Below are positions 63,680 through 64,000 of a stretch of DNA of 64,000 bases, in pieces. The stretch covers positions 76,026,086 through 76,090,085 of the forward strand of contig NC_068983.1 in the NCBI RefSeq assembly GCF_001194135.2, read 5' to 3'. The notes beneath the pieces were generated by a model that was given only the letters and a program-made list of their open reading frames with translations, was not told the origin of the DNA and searched no databases. Position numbers and translations under genes: made by a program. Position 1 is the stretch's first letter, and each line of letters begins with the position of its first letter. The DNA comes from Octopus bimaculoides (Eukaryota).

Positions 63680-64000
63680 GTGGAGGCGCAATGGCCCAGT
63701 GGTTAGGGCAGCGGACTCGTGGTCATAGGATCGCGGTTTCGATTCCCAGACCGGACGTTGTCAATGTTTATTGAGCGAAAAACACCCAAAGCTCCACGAG
63801 GTCCAGCAGGGGATGGTGGCGAACCCTGCTGTACTCTTCCACCACAACTTTCTCTCACTCTTTCTTCCTGTTTCTGTTGTACCTGTATTTCAAAAGGCCA
63901 GCTTTGTCACACTGTGTCACGCTGAATATCCCCGAGAACTACGTTAAGGGTACACGTGTCTGTGGAGTGCTCAGCCACTTGCACGTTAATTTCACAAGCA
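63680..64000 (+). mobile_element. SINE family A copy 3, runs off the window end
   Basis: Collinear with 560-880. Confidence 0.9.

Overview
AT-rich, microsatellite-dense eukaryotic DNA with about 23 assembly gaps, most of them abutting simple repeats. The tRNA-headed SINE families, compound (TA)/(CA)/(ATCT)/(ATAC) arrays and gap pattern suggest an octopus genome; this is an inference from repeat style, not a database match. No complete host gene is visible. The window reads as intronic or intergenic DNA filled with decayed mobile elements: 3 mariner-type transposase families in 4 copies, 1 Tc1-type copy, CR1/L2-group and RTE LINE fragments, two restriction-like-endonuclease (RLE) non-LTR families, several SINE families, two short solo LTRs with 5-bp TSDs, a Lep1-like non-autonomous Helitron and a tRNA-Phe pseudogene. 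The most interesting signal is a dispersed set of type I hammerhead-ribozyme-like motifs: 5 good and 2 degraded candidates from at least 4 unrelated sequence families. All have very short, near-palindromic helix III, and two lie in inverted or fold-back arrangements typical of Penelope-like element terminal repeats or retrozymes. The best host-gene signal is a possible signal-peptide first exon at 27401-27448. Most long ORFs in the supplied track are artefacts of microsatellites and N-runs. All folding and alignment was done by eye.
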